Positions 10,047 through 22,476 of a DNA stretch of 64,000 nt are shown here, piece by piece. Numbering within the stretch: the stretch's first letter is position 1; the number at the start of each line of letters is the position of its first letter. The translations under genes were made by a program, and so were the position numbers. Origin of the DNA: Vulcanimicrobiota bacterium. GTDB taxonomy: Bacteria > Vulcanimicrobiota > Vulcanimicrobiia > Vulcanimicrobiales > Vulcanimicrobiaceae. The DNA is taken from assembly GCA_963723515.1 (NCBI GenBank), contig CAVRQT010000002.1, forward strand, positions 384,001 through 448,000. Direction: 5' to 3'. The notes below the pieces were generated by a model. That model had not been told where the DNA came from. It made no database searches and saw nothing but the letters and a program-made list of their open reading frames with translations.

Positions 10047-11061
10047 ATGCAACTACTCGACCGCTATTTGAATGCCGTACGCAAATCGCTGCCGCGCGGT
10101 CAAGAAGACGACATCCTGGCCGAGATCTCGGATGCGATCCAATCCGAAGCCGAGGAGAAGGAAGCACAGCTCGGGCGGCCGCTCACACTCGACGAAGAGA
10201 GCGTGATCCTCAAAGCTTACGGCAATCCGCGCATGGTCGCGAGCAAGTACGCAAGCCAGCAATACCTGATCGGCCCTGCCTTCTTGCCGTTCTATTGGTA
10301 CACGCTGCGCGTCGTGCTGGTCATAGCGCTGATCGTCGCATTCTTCGCATCCGCAACTTTTTTCGCAGGCAGCGCGCTTCCAAGTCTTGTCGTCGTTTGG
10401 GGATCGCTGTCGATCGCGTTCTTTGTCGTTATCGGCCTGATCACGTTCATCTTCTTCCTTCTCGAGTATTTCCAAAACCGGTTCGGCCGCGATCCAGGCC
10501 TCGATCGATGGGATCCGCGCACGCTGCCGATCAGCGATGCGCGGTACGTTACGCGCTCACAGTCAATCGGGGAGCTCATCGTCAACGTTGTGGTCATGCT
10601 GTGGCTGCTGAGTGTGCCGTGGACGCGACACGCGCTCTCGCACCTGTTTATTGGGCCGCTACCGAATGCGCACGGCAATCAGCCTTTCCAGTTCAGCGCG
10701 GTCTGGCAGCAAGTGATCCTGCCGGTTTTCGTGCTGTACGCAATCAACTCGATTCTCAATATCGTCAACGTCGTGCGGCCCAATTGGTTTGCGCTGCGCG
10801 CGTACATTCACGCAGGGATCAACCTCGGGTTTGCCGGTATGGCAGCCGCGTTGCTCGTCCTTCCACATCTCGTGATTGCGTCGCCTGCCGCGCATATCAC
10901 GCCACATCTGGTGGATAAAGTTGCGGCGCTGAACGCGCTTACGCACTGGACGCGTCGCAGCCATCGCAATCGTCTGCTTGATCGTCGCGTATTGCGACCT
11001 GCGAGTGTTGCGCAAAGCGAAGCCTACACGGCTACCCTCTACCGTTAATAGCGTCGCTTAG
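10047..11061 (+). CDS. PadR-associated membrane protein (HAAS-like N-terminus), frameshift near 10950
   Basis: MQLLDRYLNAVRKSLP..DILAEI..YGNP..QYLIGP, followed by several TMs. Confidence 0.8.
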
Positions 11062-11064
11062 CCC

Positions 11065-11480
11065 ATGCACATTCGGAAAGGCGGAAAAGATAGATCTGGT
11101 GCGACTCGAGGCGCTCCCGCATGCCGAACATTGGGATCATCATTTGGCGTTGATGCGCAAACGCCTCGGATCGCGCGAGAGCCTCGTCGCTGAGATCGAC
11201 GAGCAAGTCGTCGGCATGGCGGTTTGGGATCGCGAGTTCTTCGGACGCGCCTTCATCTGGATGCTCGGCGTGCATCCGAATTACCACCGCCGCGGCATCG
11301 CATCGGCGCTGATCGAGAAAATTATCGCGCTCTGCGACGGACGAGCCGCTCTACACGTCGACGAATCGATCGAACGATGCAATGCAAGCGCTTTGCAAAG
11401 GATTGGGATTCGTCGAGAGCGGCTACCTCGAAAATCTCGATCCGGGCGATCCGGAAATCTTCTTCTATAAGGCACCGTAG
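11065..11480 (+). CDS. GNAT acetyltransferase, frameshifted (about 11080 and 11345)
   Basis: GVHPNYHRRGIASAL in one frame; LYTSTNRSNDAMQ..GFVESGYLENLDPGDPEIFF in another. Confidence 0.75.
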
Positions 11481-11533
11481 CGCAAGAAGAAATCCCACCG
11501 CTTGTGCAGAAATGAATCTTCCCAGTGCGAACG

Positions 11534-12406
11534 ATGCTGCGGTTCGTCTGGGTGCTCGCAATCATTACGGCTGTCACGCTCTTCGAAGCCGTCCACGCAG
11601 CGTCACCACCGCCGCCGGTAAAGAAGCAGACCGCACGCGCTAGCGCAGCGCCGGCGAGCGCGTTGGCGCCCGCTGACGAGTACTTCGGTCGTCAGAAGTT
11701 GAGCGTCGTGCGCATGCACCATCAAGTGTTTGCGCTCAAAGACGACCTGCACAATCGGCGCCGCCATCCGGACGCGATTGAAAACGAAGCGAACTGGATC
11801 GGCGACGCGTACTTCGATTGGGCCAACCGCTTTCCGGGCGACCGCTGGCTGCCGCGCATGGCGTGGGAGATAGCAACGCTCTATGAAGAGCTGCCGGGCA
11901 TTGGTGCGCAGTCGCAGGCATTCACATTTTTGGCTTTCATTTCGCAGCACTACACGGATAGCGAGATCGCACGCGATGCAGCCAACGATCTGACGCGCGG
12001 AATCGGCGTGCGGCCGTGGCCGCGATGGGCCGGGCGTGAGCCGGCGCAGCGGCCGACGCTCGCCGGTCAGATTGTGATCCGCGATCCGCGAGATCCTCAA
12101 GCATTGTTGCAAGCCGTTCAAGATGTGGGAACGCGGTTGCAAGGCCGGCGTATCGTGCCGGCTGCCGCATTCGGCGCGACGGCCGCGCTTGAAGGGCTTT
12201 TTCGAAATATCTCGCCCGCACCTAACGATGACGCCCAGCAGCGTTGCGCATGGCAAATCGCGACACTGTATGAACTGCTCCCAGGCACGGCCTCGCGCGA
12301 TCGCGCGATCAAAATGCTGGCGCTGGTTCTCGATCGCTACGGCAACACGGAATTTGGCCTCTGGAGTTTGCGCGATTTGCAGCGCGGGGTTGGCATCCGA
12401 ACCTAG
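11534..12406 (+). CDS. Secreted hypothetical protein with duplicated helical domain
   Basis: Signal peptide, APADEYFG motif, repeats AWEIATLYEELPG / AWQIATLYELLPG. Confidence 0.7.
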   Translation: MLRFVWVLAIITAVTLFEAVHAASPPPPVKKQTARASAAPASALAPADEYFGRQKLSVVRMHHQVFALKDDLHNRRRHPDAIENEANWIGDAYFDWANRFPGDRWLPRMAWEIATLYEELPGIGAQSQAFTFLAFISQHYTDSEIARDAANDLTRGIGVRPWPRWAGREPAQRPTLAGQIVIRDPRDPQALLQAVQDVGTRLQGRRIVPAAAFGATAALEGLFRNISPAPNDDAQQRCAWQIATLYELLPGTASRDRAIKMLALVLDRYGNTEFGLWSLRDLQRGVGIRT

Positions 12407-12474
12407 CGCGCAGGTCTCCGCGACGCCGCCAAAGTATCGTGGACGGCACCGATCTCGAAATTAAGGAGGCCCAG

Positions 12475-12978
12475 GTGAAACTTTTTCGATGCTGTTTCTT
12501 TGCGGCGTTGTTTGCCGTTGCGCCGACGGCGTTCGCCGGTGCCGCCGCAACGCCGCCGAAGCTGCCGCCCGGCATGACGCCGCAAGCGTTCAAAATGATC
12601 ATGACGCCCGGACCGCAACATCCGGCCGGACTTCCGTCCGACGTCAAGCCGTGGTTCGGTTGCATTCCGACGATGGGCTACCACTATGTCAGCGACAAGA
12701 ACAAGCCGTTCGGGCCGATTTACGGCTGGTACAACGGAAAGCCGATCTTCACCGAACTGATGATCACGCCTGAGCAACTGAAGGCCGGGAAGAATTGGGA
12801 CGACGTTCTCAAGCCGCTTCCGGGTTACCACGTCGATCATGTTGACATCTGGTTCGAACCGCAGGGTCATCCCGGCTTCCCCGTGCCGCACTATGACGTG
12901 CACGCGTATTACGTGCCGCACTCGGTCCACATGCACTACTGCGGAAATGCGTCCGGCAAGAAGCCGGCTTGGCTCTAA
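12475..12978 (+). CDS. Secreted His-rich protein (DUF5602/TTHB210-like)
   Basis: AAGGAGG RBS + GTG; MGYHY, DHVDIWFEPQGHPG..PHYDVH. Confidence 0.65.
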   Translation: MKLFRCCFFAALFAVAPTAFAGAAATPPKLPPGMTPQAFKMIMTPGPQHPAGLPSDVKPWFGCIPTMGYHYVSDKNKPFGPIYGWYNGKPIFTELMITPEQLKAGKNWDDVLKPLPGYHVDHVDIWFEPQGHPGFPVPHYDVHAYYVPHSVHMHYCGNASGKKPAWL

Positions 12979-13036
12979 CGAAGCATCGCGGCCCGGCCGC
13001 TGCGTTCACGCGGCGATTGGTGAAAGGAAAACTTCC

Positions 13037-13501
13037 ATGGCTTCTGTCTCAAAAATCGTGCCGACGATCAGCACGAAGATCTCCGGACCAAGCGGCGTCG
13101 TGCATCTCCCGCGTCTGTGGCAAAAGCTGCTGCTTTCGCAAGCCGGTTTGCTGCCCGAAGATTACGACGCGTGCGGCGACGGTTTCGATGCGATGACCCT
13201 CAACGCATTAGGAATCTCAAAGCAAGATGCGATCGACTACATCTCATCGCACAAGCCAAGCTACGTTGAGTTCGAAAATTGGGTCATCGAACGTAACGGC
13301 GGGCGGCTTGATCCCGAGAAGGTGCGCAAGCATAATGAAGCGGTGCTGAAGTACGAGCACTCCGAAGATAAAGCCGCTCAGATGCGGGAGCGTTCCGGCT
13401 TACGCGATCGATCCGTCCGCGATGCGGCGACGCTTAACACGCACGACGACTTCGATGAATTTCACGCCCACATCGTCGGTGAGCGCGTGAGTTTAAACTA
13501 A
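13037..13501 (+). CDS. DUF5069-like protein
   Basis: AAAGGA RBS; GVVHLPRLWQK, GLLPEDY..CG..FD. Confidence 0.65.
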   Translation: MASVSKIVPTISTKISGPSGVVHLPRLWQKLLLSQAGLLPEDYDACGDGFDAMTLNALGISKQDAIDYISSHKPSYVEFENWVIERNGGRLDPEKVRKHNEAVLKYEHSEDKAAQMRERSGLRDRSVRDAATLNTHDDFDEFHAHIVGERVSLN

Positions 13502-13509
13502 ATTACCCG

Positions 13510-13896
13510 CTAGCGAACGACAATGACGTAGAGCGCCTCCTTAGCGGGAGGCGCAATCTTTTCCCAAGGTCGCGCGTACTTCAGCGAAACGATCGCTTTG
13601 CCGTGAGCGACCGCCGCGAACGTCCACATCTCGAGGCCGGGCGCACCCATTGTAGCGCTGGTCGAAGCGACGTAGTGTTTCGAACGATAGGCGACGACCG
13701 CCGAATTGAGCGGATCCTCAAGCGCCCAACTATAGCCGGTGGTGCGGTTCGCCGGCAATGAGATCGTAAAGGTCGATCCGGCGCGTGCAATGACTGGGCT
13801 ACACGCGACACTCGGGCCGGCCGGCGATTGTGCGGCAGCGGGCGCGAGGGCAAAGAGCATGGCAGCGCCGATCAACATCAGCGTTGTTCGCATCAT
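13510..13896 (-). CDS. Chagasin-family (I42) cysteine protease inhibitor
   Basis: LPANRTTGYSW, GAPG, YARPWE motifs; signal peptide. Confidence 0.88.
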   Translation of the reverse strand: MMRTTLMLIGAAMLFALAPAAAQSPAGPSVACSPVIARAGSTFTISLPANRTTGYSWALEDPLNSAVVAYRSKHYVASTSATMGAPGLEMWTFAAVAHGKAIVSLKYARPWEKIAPPAKEALYVIVVR

Positions 13897-13911
13897 AGCT
13901 TCTCCTTTGAC

Positions 13912-14352
13912 TTAGCGACGCGGGCCACAGGCATAGTCCATCGTGCTCCCCGTGTTCGGCCCTTTTCCGATATACGCGAAGGTTACGCTGCGATAGGCCG
14001 GCGCGCCGTTCGGACAATTTTGCATGCCGGTCGCGACAAGAATGATTCGATAGCGGTGAAAGTGCCCCGCGGCACAGTAGGGTTTGCAGTCGTTCACCGA
14101 CATCGTTCCAAGCGCCGCCGCGAAAGATTGTCCCCAACCGGTCCAGCGCAAATGCTGCGCGACGACGCCGCCGTCAGCGCATGCGATCACAACTTCGTTC
14201 GGCTTCACTTCCGGTTTGCCGATGCAATTCGGCAGCGCCATGGCAGACGAGCGTTGCGCAATTGCGCCGCTCGCAACAAAGCCCAACGCGGCGGCAACCA
14301 AAAGAATCACGAAGGCGGCCAAAGGGATATTCGGCCTCGATCTTAGGAGCAT
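13912..14352 (-). CDS. Secreted Cys-containing hypothetical protein
   Basis: KPNEVVIACADGG..LRWTGWG..NDCKPYCAAG. Confidence 0.65.
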   Translation of the reverse strand: MLLRSRPNIPLAAFVILLVAAALGFVASGAIAQRSSAMALPNCIGKPEVKPNEVVIACADGGVVAQHLRWTGWGQSFAAALGTMSVNDCKPYCAAGHFHRYRIILVATGMQNCPNGAPAYRSVTFAYIGKGPNTGSTMDYACGPRR

Positions 14353-14456
14353 ACGCGTTGCCCTCCGCTGGCTTGAAAAGTAACGCAGAAGTTGGCGAAA
14401 AGCCGGCAAACACCGCTACAGGCGCGGCGTTGAGGCCTAGGCGAAGAGAGCACGGC

Positions 14457-17220
14457 GTGAATGAGACGCTGACGTTTCTTTTCAGCGATATCGAGGGTTC
14501 GACGTTGCGTTGGGAGCGCGACCGAGAGGCCATGGCGCGGGCCGTGGAACGTCATGATGCGATCATGCGAAGCGCGATCACCGCACGAGGAGGTCGTGTC
14601 TTCAAGACGGTCGGCGACGCGTTCTGCGCGGTCTTTGAAAGCGCAGACCACGCGACTGCGGCCTCAATCGACGCGCAGCGGCAGCTTGTGGCCGAAGATT
14701 TCTCAACCGTTGACGGCTTGCGCGTACGCATGGCGCTACACAGCGGCGTAGCGGACGAACGCGACGGCGATTACTTCGGTCCGCCGCTCAATCGGATCGC
14801 AAGGATCATTGCGATCGTCAACGGTGGCCAAATCGTGTTGTCCGACCTCATCAAGGGCATCGTGCGTGACCGCTTGCCGCGCGACATATCGCTCCTCGAC
14901 CTTGGAGCACATCGGCTCAAAGATCTCGCGGAGCCGGAACGTCTGCACCAACTGGTTGCTCCGGATTTACCGCAAGATTTTCCGATGCTGCGATCGCTGG
15001 AGCTCTTGCCGAACAATCTGCCGCTGCAACTGACACGCTTCATCGGCCGCGAGGATGAATTGGCGACGACGAAAGCAGCTCCTGAAGGAATCGCGGCTCG
15101 TCACGCTCCTGGGCGCCGGCGGCATCGGCAAAACGCGCCTCGCGCTGCAAGTCGGTGCCGATCTGCTCGATGGCTTTGAAGACGGCGTCTGGTTAATCGA
15201 ACTTGCGCCCGTACAGGAGGCCGAGCAACTGCCAAGCGCGCTTGCGGGCGTCTTGGATGTCAAAGAGTCGGCGGAGCGTTCTCTGACCGAAAGCCTCGTT
15301 CACTTCTTGCAGCACAAAAAGTTGCTCTTGATTCTGGATAACTGCGAACATCTCGTTGAAGCTGCAGCATCGCTCAGCACCCGCCTCTTAAGAGAGTGCG
15401 GTGAAGTGCAAATCCTTGCGACGAGCCGCCAGCCGCTGGGAGTTTCCGGAGAACGTGCACATCGCGTTACATCGCTTGCGGTTGCACCTGAGAAGATCGC
15501 GTTATCAAAGAAAGAGGCGGCACAGTACGGCGCGATCGGACTTTTCGCCGACAGGGCGCGCGCCGCGACCGAGTCGTTCGAATTAACTGACGACAATGCG
15601 AATCTCGTCGCTCAGATTTGCCGGCGCCTGGACGGGATCGCGCTGGCAATCGAACTCGCCGCGCCTCGGCTGAAGATGCTCACGCTCGAGCAACTCGCAG
15701 CCCGGCTTTCGGAACGATTTCGGCTACTGACCGGTGGAACGCGCGATGCGCTGCCTCGGCAGCAGACGATGCACGCGCTCATCGATTGGAGCTACGATCT
15801 CCTGGACGAACGTGAGCAAGAGTTCTTTAGACGGCTATGCGTCTTCGCCGGCGATTTTTCTCTTGATGCCGCCGCAGCCGTAGCTGCGCATCACACGCTC
15901 GATGAGTGGGGTGCGATCGAATTACTCTCCTCGCTGGTGGACAAGTCGCTCGTCACGAGCGAGCTCGCGGATTCGCACCGGCGCTATGGATTGCTCGAGA
16001 GCATGCGTGAATATGCTATCGAAAAAGCGAGCGCATCCGGTGAAGAGGACATCTTGCGTCTGCGGCATGCCGAGTTCTACACCGCACTCGCCGAACGTGT
16101 GGAGGGCGCGCATGCAGCGACTCCCGCTCCCTCAAACACTAAAGGTGCGCCCGCTCTAGAACCGGAGTTGCAGAACTTTCGCGCGGCGTTGGATTGGACG
16201 CTCGGCTCTGCCGCCAACCTTAATCTGGGCGTAACGCTCCTGACCGCACTGGAACCATTTTGGTACTCGCACGGTTTAGTCGCCGAGTCGAAGCGCCGCG
16301 CTGAGGAAATCATCGATCGCGCCAGCGAACTGCCGGAGCCGTTGGAAGCAGAACTCTGGTACACGTTGAGCCGCTCGCGGGACGTCTTGTGGCTGCCGGC
16401 TCCGGCTCTGGAGGCGGCCACTCGAGCCTGCGAGCTTTACGAGAAGTTGGGCAACAATGAACGGCTCGCGCACGCCTTGCGCCTGCGCGGAAATGCCAAC
16501 GTAAGCGTCGGCGACTTCGTTGCGGCCGAGCAAGATCTGGATCGATCGCTGGCGCTTTTTCGTGAGATGAACGACCGCCTCGGAATCGCTCGAACGATGA
16601 GTTCGCTGGGAGTCGCTTACTCCATGACGGGCCGGCTTCAGGAAGCTGCGGCGATCCAACGCAAAGTTTTAGAGATGCATCGCGACCTAGGCGATGAGCG
16701 CTACCCGCGCATCGTACAATTGAACCTCGCCGAGAACGAGTTTGCGCTCGGCAATGTCGCGGCTGCGGTCGAACATGCCCAAAATAATCTGGCACACGAC
16801 GTGCTGCGCATGGATTCGATCCTGCGTTCGCAGCAAGAAGTAAATCTCGCAACGTACTTTTTGGCGCGCGATCAGGCGGAGGAAGCTCATCGGGCAGCAC
16901 TTGATGCGGTCGATTCGGGTCGTGAGGCCGACCACAAAGTTCAAACCGCACAGGCATTGCAGTGCCTCGGCGCAATCCTTGCGCCGCACGATCCGAAAGC
17001 TGCTGCGCGCATCCTTGGCTACGTCGAGCACGCGTTCAAAGCCTCCGGCTTTACGCGCGAGCATACCGAGCGCTACATCTACGACCGGCTCGTCAAGACT
17101 CTGCACGAAACGTTCAGCGAGGCTGACATCGAACGCTTCTTACGCGAGGGCGCCTCCTTAACTGAAGATCAAGCGGTCGAACTCGCGCGCGCGATGCCGC
17201 CGATCTCGGCGATGTCGTGA
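14457..17220 (+). CDS. Class III nucleotide cyclase + STAND/NB-ARC-like NTPase + TPR protein, frameshift near 15080
   Basis: TFLFSDIEGST, KTVGDAF, DYFGPPLNR; Walker A GAGGIGKT, LILDNCEH, LDGIALAIELAA; C-terminal TPR-like helices. Confidence 0.88.
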
Positions 17221-17510
17221 CAGAAAGCGCAGCGGCCTTAGAAAACGAGACGCTGACTTTTCTTTTCAGCGATATCGAGGGTTCGACGTCGCGTTGGGAG
17301 CGCGATCGAGGAGCCATGGCGCAGGCCGTAGCGCGCCATGATGCAATCATGCGCGCCGCGATCAACGCGGCCGGAGGTCAAGTCTTCAAGACAGTCGGCG
17401 ATGCGTTTTGCGCGGTCTTTGAAAGCGCGCACAAGGCGACTGCGGCCTCAATCGAGGCGCAGCGGCAACTTGTGGCCGAAGATTTTTCAGCACTCGATGG
17501 CCTGCAGGTG
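17217..17510 (+). pseudogene. Truncated paralogous cyclase-domain fragment
   Basis: Closely similar to 14463-14725 (TFLFSDIEGST..KTVGDAFCAVFES..DGLQV); homology then stops abruptly. Confidence 0.75.
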
Positions 17511-17552
17511 CCGACCGGGGGCCTTGAGCGCCGCGCTGCGACTACCGCTCCG

Positions 17553-18326
17553 TCAAGGAGCCGGACTCTGCAGGGCTGTTTCGCCGGCCGCGAGACTCGT
17601 GAAGCGCCGAAAGTGATCGAAGATCCCGGTGAACGTTCCGGTACCGCTGAACACAAGCGCGTGCCCCGCGTATACTTCGTTGATACGAACGACGTACCAT
17701 AAATCGGGGAGCGCGGCGCCGCCGACTTCGGTCACAGTTCCGGACGTGGCGTGTGGCGGCAGACTGTTCGGAGTGTATTCCAATCGCACGACGTGCGCAT
17801 TCGCCACATTGATGTACATGGTGCCACTGCCGTGCTGCGCGTCTCGCTTCGCGCTCGTAAAAGAGACGGCTTGCGTCCCGGCTGGGCACGACGAACATGC
17901 AGTCTGCGGTTCGCCGAAGGCGTAGTCGTCCATGTACCGTGCGTCGTACGGCTCTTTGAAGAACACCTTGCCGGCAGCCCAGTCTTTGTTCGTTTGGTCT
18001 GACGCGCTGACGAACTTCTGAGGACGAGAACGCGCGCCCATCGCGTACGATTCGATATACGCGATCTTCACGAACTTACCGTCTTCCATCAATTGACCAC
18101 TGTCGCTTATTTCGCCGTGGTGGAAGAGCCCGCCGCTCAACTGTGTACTGAAGTGCCGCTGCATGCCGATGACGCCGCGCACTTGGGAAGCATACACGCT
18201 CGATGCTCGCTGGACGATTGCCGGCACGGCCAAACTCAGGGCCGGCGAGCGACACAACCCTCCAAGAATCAGTGTCATTATGGCCAGCGCGGCGAGCAGC
18301 GGCGCGATGCGGCTTGATCCGTTCAT
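17553..18326 (-). CDS. Secreted hypothetical protein (probable compensating frameshifts at about 18000-18055)
   Basis: Signal peptide; FKEPYD..Y.F, HGSG, YTPNSLPP.ATSG. Confidence 0.6.
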   Translation of the reverse strand: MNGSSRIAPLLAALAIMTLILGGLCRSPALSLAVPAIVQRASSVYASQVRGVIGMQRHFSTQLSGGLFHHGEISDSGQLMEDGKFVKIAYIESYAMGARSRPQKFVSASDQTNKDWAAGKVFFKEPYDARYMDDYAFGEPQTACSSCPAGTQAVSFTSAKRDAQHGSGTMYINVANAHVVRLEYTPNSLPPHATSGTVTEVGGAALPDLWYVVRINEVYAGHALVFSGTGTFTGIFDHFRRFTSLAAGETALQSPAP

Positions 18327-18558
18327 GCTATGGAGAACGTGAGCGATGGGACGGATGTTTGTCCAGCGTTGCTTAGGATCAGTTCTTAGCCGATTTCAGT
18401 AGTAACGGTGCAGTAAACCTCTCATGTTCAACATCCATCGACCAAAGAAGCGCGCGAAGCGCTCGACGCTCTTCGCGCCGCGAAATAGCAACGAACAACG
18501 GTGTAGCGAAGCGCACGCGGCATCGAAAAAGTCTTGCAAATACCTGAGATTTTTGAGG

Positions 18559-18653
18559 TGGCGGGAAAGTGTAGGAATCGAACCTACCAGCCGCCTTTAG
18601 AGCGGCCTCAGCAGTTTTGAAGACTGTGCGGGCCACCAGACCCGTACTCTCCC
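18559..18653 (-). tRNA. selC: tRNA-Sec (anticodon TCA)
   Basis: Reverse complement gives an 8-bp acceptor GGGAGAGT/ACTTTCCC + GCCA, 6-bp D stem CGGGTC/GGCCCG, loop CTTCAAA, long variable arm and T arm GTAGG-TTCGATT-CCTAC; 95 nt. Confidence 0.95.
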
Positions 18654-18661
18654 AACAAGAT

Positions 18662-20341
<1,680 letters not shown>

Positions 20342-20388
20342 AAACGGCTTAAGGGCCTTGCTTAGGACCTCCTTGTTTCGTCGCGACG

Positions 20389-21174
20389 CTATTCAAACTG
20401 TACGGCGAGCATGGACACTGAGCCGCCATCGATTCCTTCAACCGGAAAGCGCAACCAATCGGCCGCGTTGCGCAACGCCGTGATATAGAGCAGCGGCAAG
20501 TAATGCTCCGGCGTCGGCACGGCGAGCGTCGCATCGCGGCCTCCGTCCTCGTATCGAACCAGCGCTGTGTCGTCACGTTCGGTAAGCGCGCGGCGCAGCC
20601 GCTGCTCAAAGCGGAGCGCCCACTCAAACGGTTCCACCGGATGTCGCCCCCAGGCGTACGCATGCAGATTGTGCACGACGTTGCCGCTGCCGAGAATCAA
20701 CACGCCTTCATCGCGCAAAGGCGCGAGTCGTTTAGCGATATCGTAATGAAATTGCGGCGGCTGCGTTTCGTCGATCTTCAGCTGTACGACCGGCACGCTT
20801 GCGTCCGGAAACAAGTGGCAGAGGACCGCCCAGGTGCCATGATCGAGGCCCCATTGCCGATCGCTCTCGACGACCGTCGGCGCAAGCAATTCCTGAACGC
20901 GCGCTGCCAACGATGGATCGCCCTTCGCGGGATATTCAAAGGCGTACAGCTCGCGCGGAAATCCGCCGAAATCGTGGATCGTGGGCGGTTGCGCGCGCGC
21001 CGTCACCGCTGTGCCGGGACCATACCAATGCGCGGAAATTGAAAGAATCGCCCGAGGTTGCGGCAAGGAAGCGCCAATTGCATTCCAGCGACGAGTGTAA
21101 TCGTTTTCCTCCAGCGCATTCATCGGATTTCCGTGCCCGACGAAAAGCGCAGGCATCCGTCGATGAGAAGCCAT
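20389..21174 (-). CDS. ygiD: 4,5-DOPA extradiol dioxygenase (LigB family)
   Basis: FVGHGNPMNA, ISAHW, TIHDFGGFP, LDHGTW, GSGNVVHNL, PTPEHYLP. Confidence 0.9.
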   Translation of the reverse strand: MASHRRMPALFVGHGNPMNALEENDYTRRWNAIGASLPQPRAILSISAHWYGPGTAVTARAQPPTIHDFGGFPRELYAFEYPAKGDPSLAARVQELLAPTVVESDRQWGLDHGTWAVLCHLFPDASVPVVQLKIDETQPPQFHYDIAKRLAPLRDEGVLILGSGNVVHNLHAYAWGRHPVEPFEWALRFEQRLRRALTERDDTALVRYEDGGRDATLAVPTPEHYLPLLYITALRNAADWLRFPVEGIDGGSVSMLAVQFE

Positions 21175-21197
21175 TTACACCATGAGTACGTTGTTTG

Positions 21198-21452
21198 CTA
21201 AACGACTGCTTCATCAACGAAGCACCAGCGCCAGTTCTCTCCCGGTTCGATCGATCGCATGATCGGATGTTGGCTGCGCATGAAGTGCTTCGTCGCATGA
21301 CGATTCTTCGAACTATCACAGCATCCGACGTGACCGCAAACGAGGCATTCGCGCAGATGCACCCAGGTATCGCCGGTCCGCAGACACTCTTCGCAGCCTT
21401 CCGCGGAGGGAGTGACCTCACGAATCTGCGCGAGATGCGTGCAACTCGTCAT
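21198..21452 (-). CDS. UBP-type zinc finger protein
   Basis: CTH..CEEC..WVHLRECLVCGHVGCCDSS..HA..H..W.WCFVD. Confidence 0.9.
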   Translation of the reverse strand: MTSCTHLAQIREVTPSAEGCEECLRTGDTWVHLRECLVCGHVGCCDSSKNRHATKHFMRSQHPIMRSIEPGENWRWCFVDEAVV

Positions 21453-21964
21453 GCCGAAGCACTACCGTGCACGGCTATGCGTCGGGCACCAACGGCGAGC
21501 AGGCCGCCTATCACGCCGATCGCAACGAACGCCCACGTTGCCGCCGCCGAGTGGAACAGCGAGATTCCGAAGAGGCTGTCTAAGGTCAGCATGCTGGAGC
21601 TCGTAAACGCTGCGGCCAGCGCCCCCGCGATATAGGTAAGCGGTAATTCGAAGCCGTTGTTCGAGCTCAAAAATCCGTTGTGAATGTGGACTGTGGCGAT
21701 TGCGACGGTCATCACGGCGATGACGAGCGCCGGTCCGATCGGACCGAGAAAGCCGAGCAAAATGAGCAGTCCGCCGGCGAATTCGCCGATGCCCGACATG
21801 AACGCAAAGGGAACGCCGGGGCGAAACCCGAGCGACTCCATGAAGCCGCCGGTGCCTCTGAGACCGTGGCCGCCGAACCAGCCAAAGAGTTTCTGCGAAC
21901 CATGGACGGCGATGCCCGCGCCGATGATGATCCGAACCAAAAGAATCCCAAGATCGTGTGTCAT
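21449..21964 (-). CDS. DoxX-family membrane protein
   Basis: HGSQKLFGWFGG.G, EFAGG, NGFELP. Confidence 0.9.
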   Translation of the reverse strand: MTHDLGILLVRIIIGAGIAVHGSQKLFGWFGGHGLRGTGGFMESLGFRPGVPFAFMSGIGEFAGGLLILLGFLGPIGPALVIAVMTVAIATVHIHNGFLSSNNGFELPLTYIAGALAAAFTSSSMLTLDSLFGISLFHSAAATWAFVAIGVIGGLLAVGARRIAVHGSASA

Positions 21965-21994
21965 TCTCTGTCTTTACCCATCTTTCGTTGCATA

Positions 21995-22009
21995 CTTACT
22001 TGAAGTAAG
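21995..22009. promoter_or_regulatory. Perfect palindrome CTTACTT-G-AAGTAAG, probable HxlR/DUF24 operator
   Basis: 7-1-7 inverted repeat in the AT-rich gap between divergent doxX and the regulator. Confidence 0.7.
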
Positions 22010-22041
22010 GTAGAATCATTTATAGACCTCGAAGCCCACCG

Positions 22042-22452
22042 ATGTCAAGTAGGCGACGAATCGTAAGGAGAAAACCAAGAAGCCGATGGCGTCAAAGCTC
22101 AGCCGAGCTCTGCCCACGCTTTCACCGCGCCGTGGAGTTGATCGGCCGGCGGTGGACCGGCGCGATTCTGCGCATGCTCACGCACGGACCGCAGCGATTC
22201 AACGGTCTGCTGGCATCCGTGCCGGGAATTTCCGACCGGCTGCTCTCCGAGCGCCTGCGCGAGCTCGAAGGTGCGGGACTGGTCAAGCGGACCGTTTGCT
22301 CCGGGCCGCCGATTTCGGTTATCTATGAACTGACGCCGTCCGGCCGCGATCTCGAACCGGCATTGGACATGCTCGGCAAGTGGGCCGAGCGCTGGCTGCC
22401 GCACCGGAGCAGCGCGCCGGATAGGGGTCGCGCCAAGCCCGTTCAAATCTAG
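22042..22452 (+). CDS. HxlR/DUF24 winged-helix regulator; true start possibly ATG 22086 with a frameshift near 22100
   Basis: ELCPRFHRAVELIGRRW..GISDRLLSERLRELE..YELT..G. Confidence 0.88.
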   Translation: MSSRRRIVRRKPRSRWRQSSAELCPRFHRAVELIGRRWTGAILRMLTHGPQRFNGLLASVPGISDRLLSERLRELEGAGLVKRTVCSGPPISVIYELTPSGRDLEPALDMLGKWAERWLPHRSSAPDRGRAKPVQI

Positions 22453-22476
22453 ACGCTCTGCTTACGGAGACATCAA

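Noticed and set aside
13500..18558. Integrative element inserted at the 3' end of tRNA-Sec
   Set aside because: selC is a known integration hotspot, but I found no integrase and no duplicated tRNA 3' end (att site) in the window.
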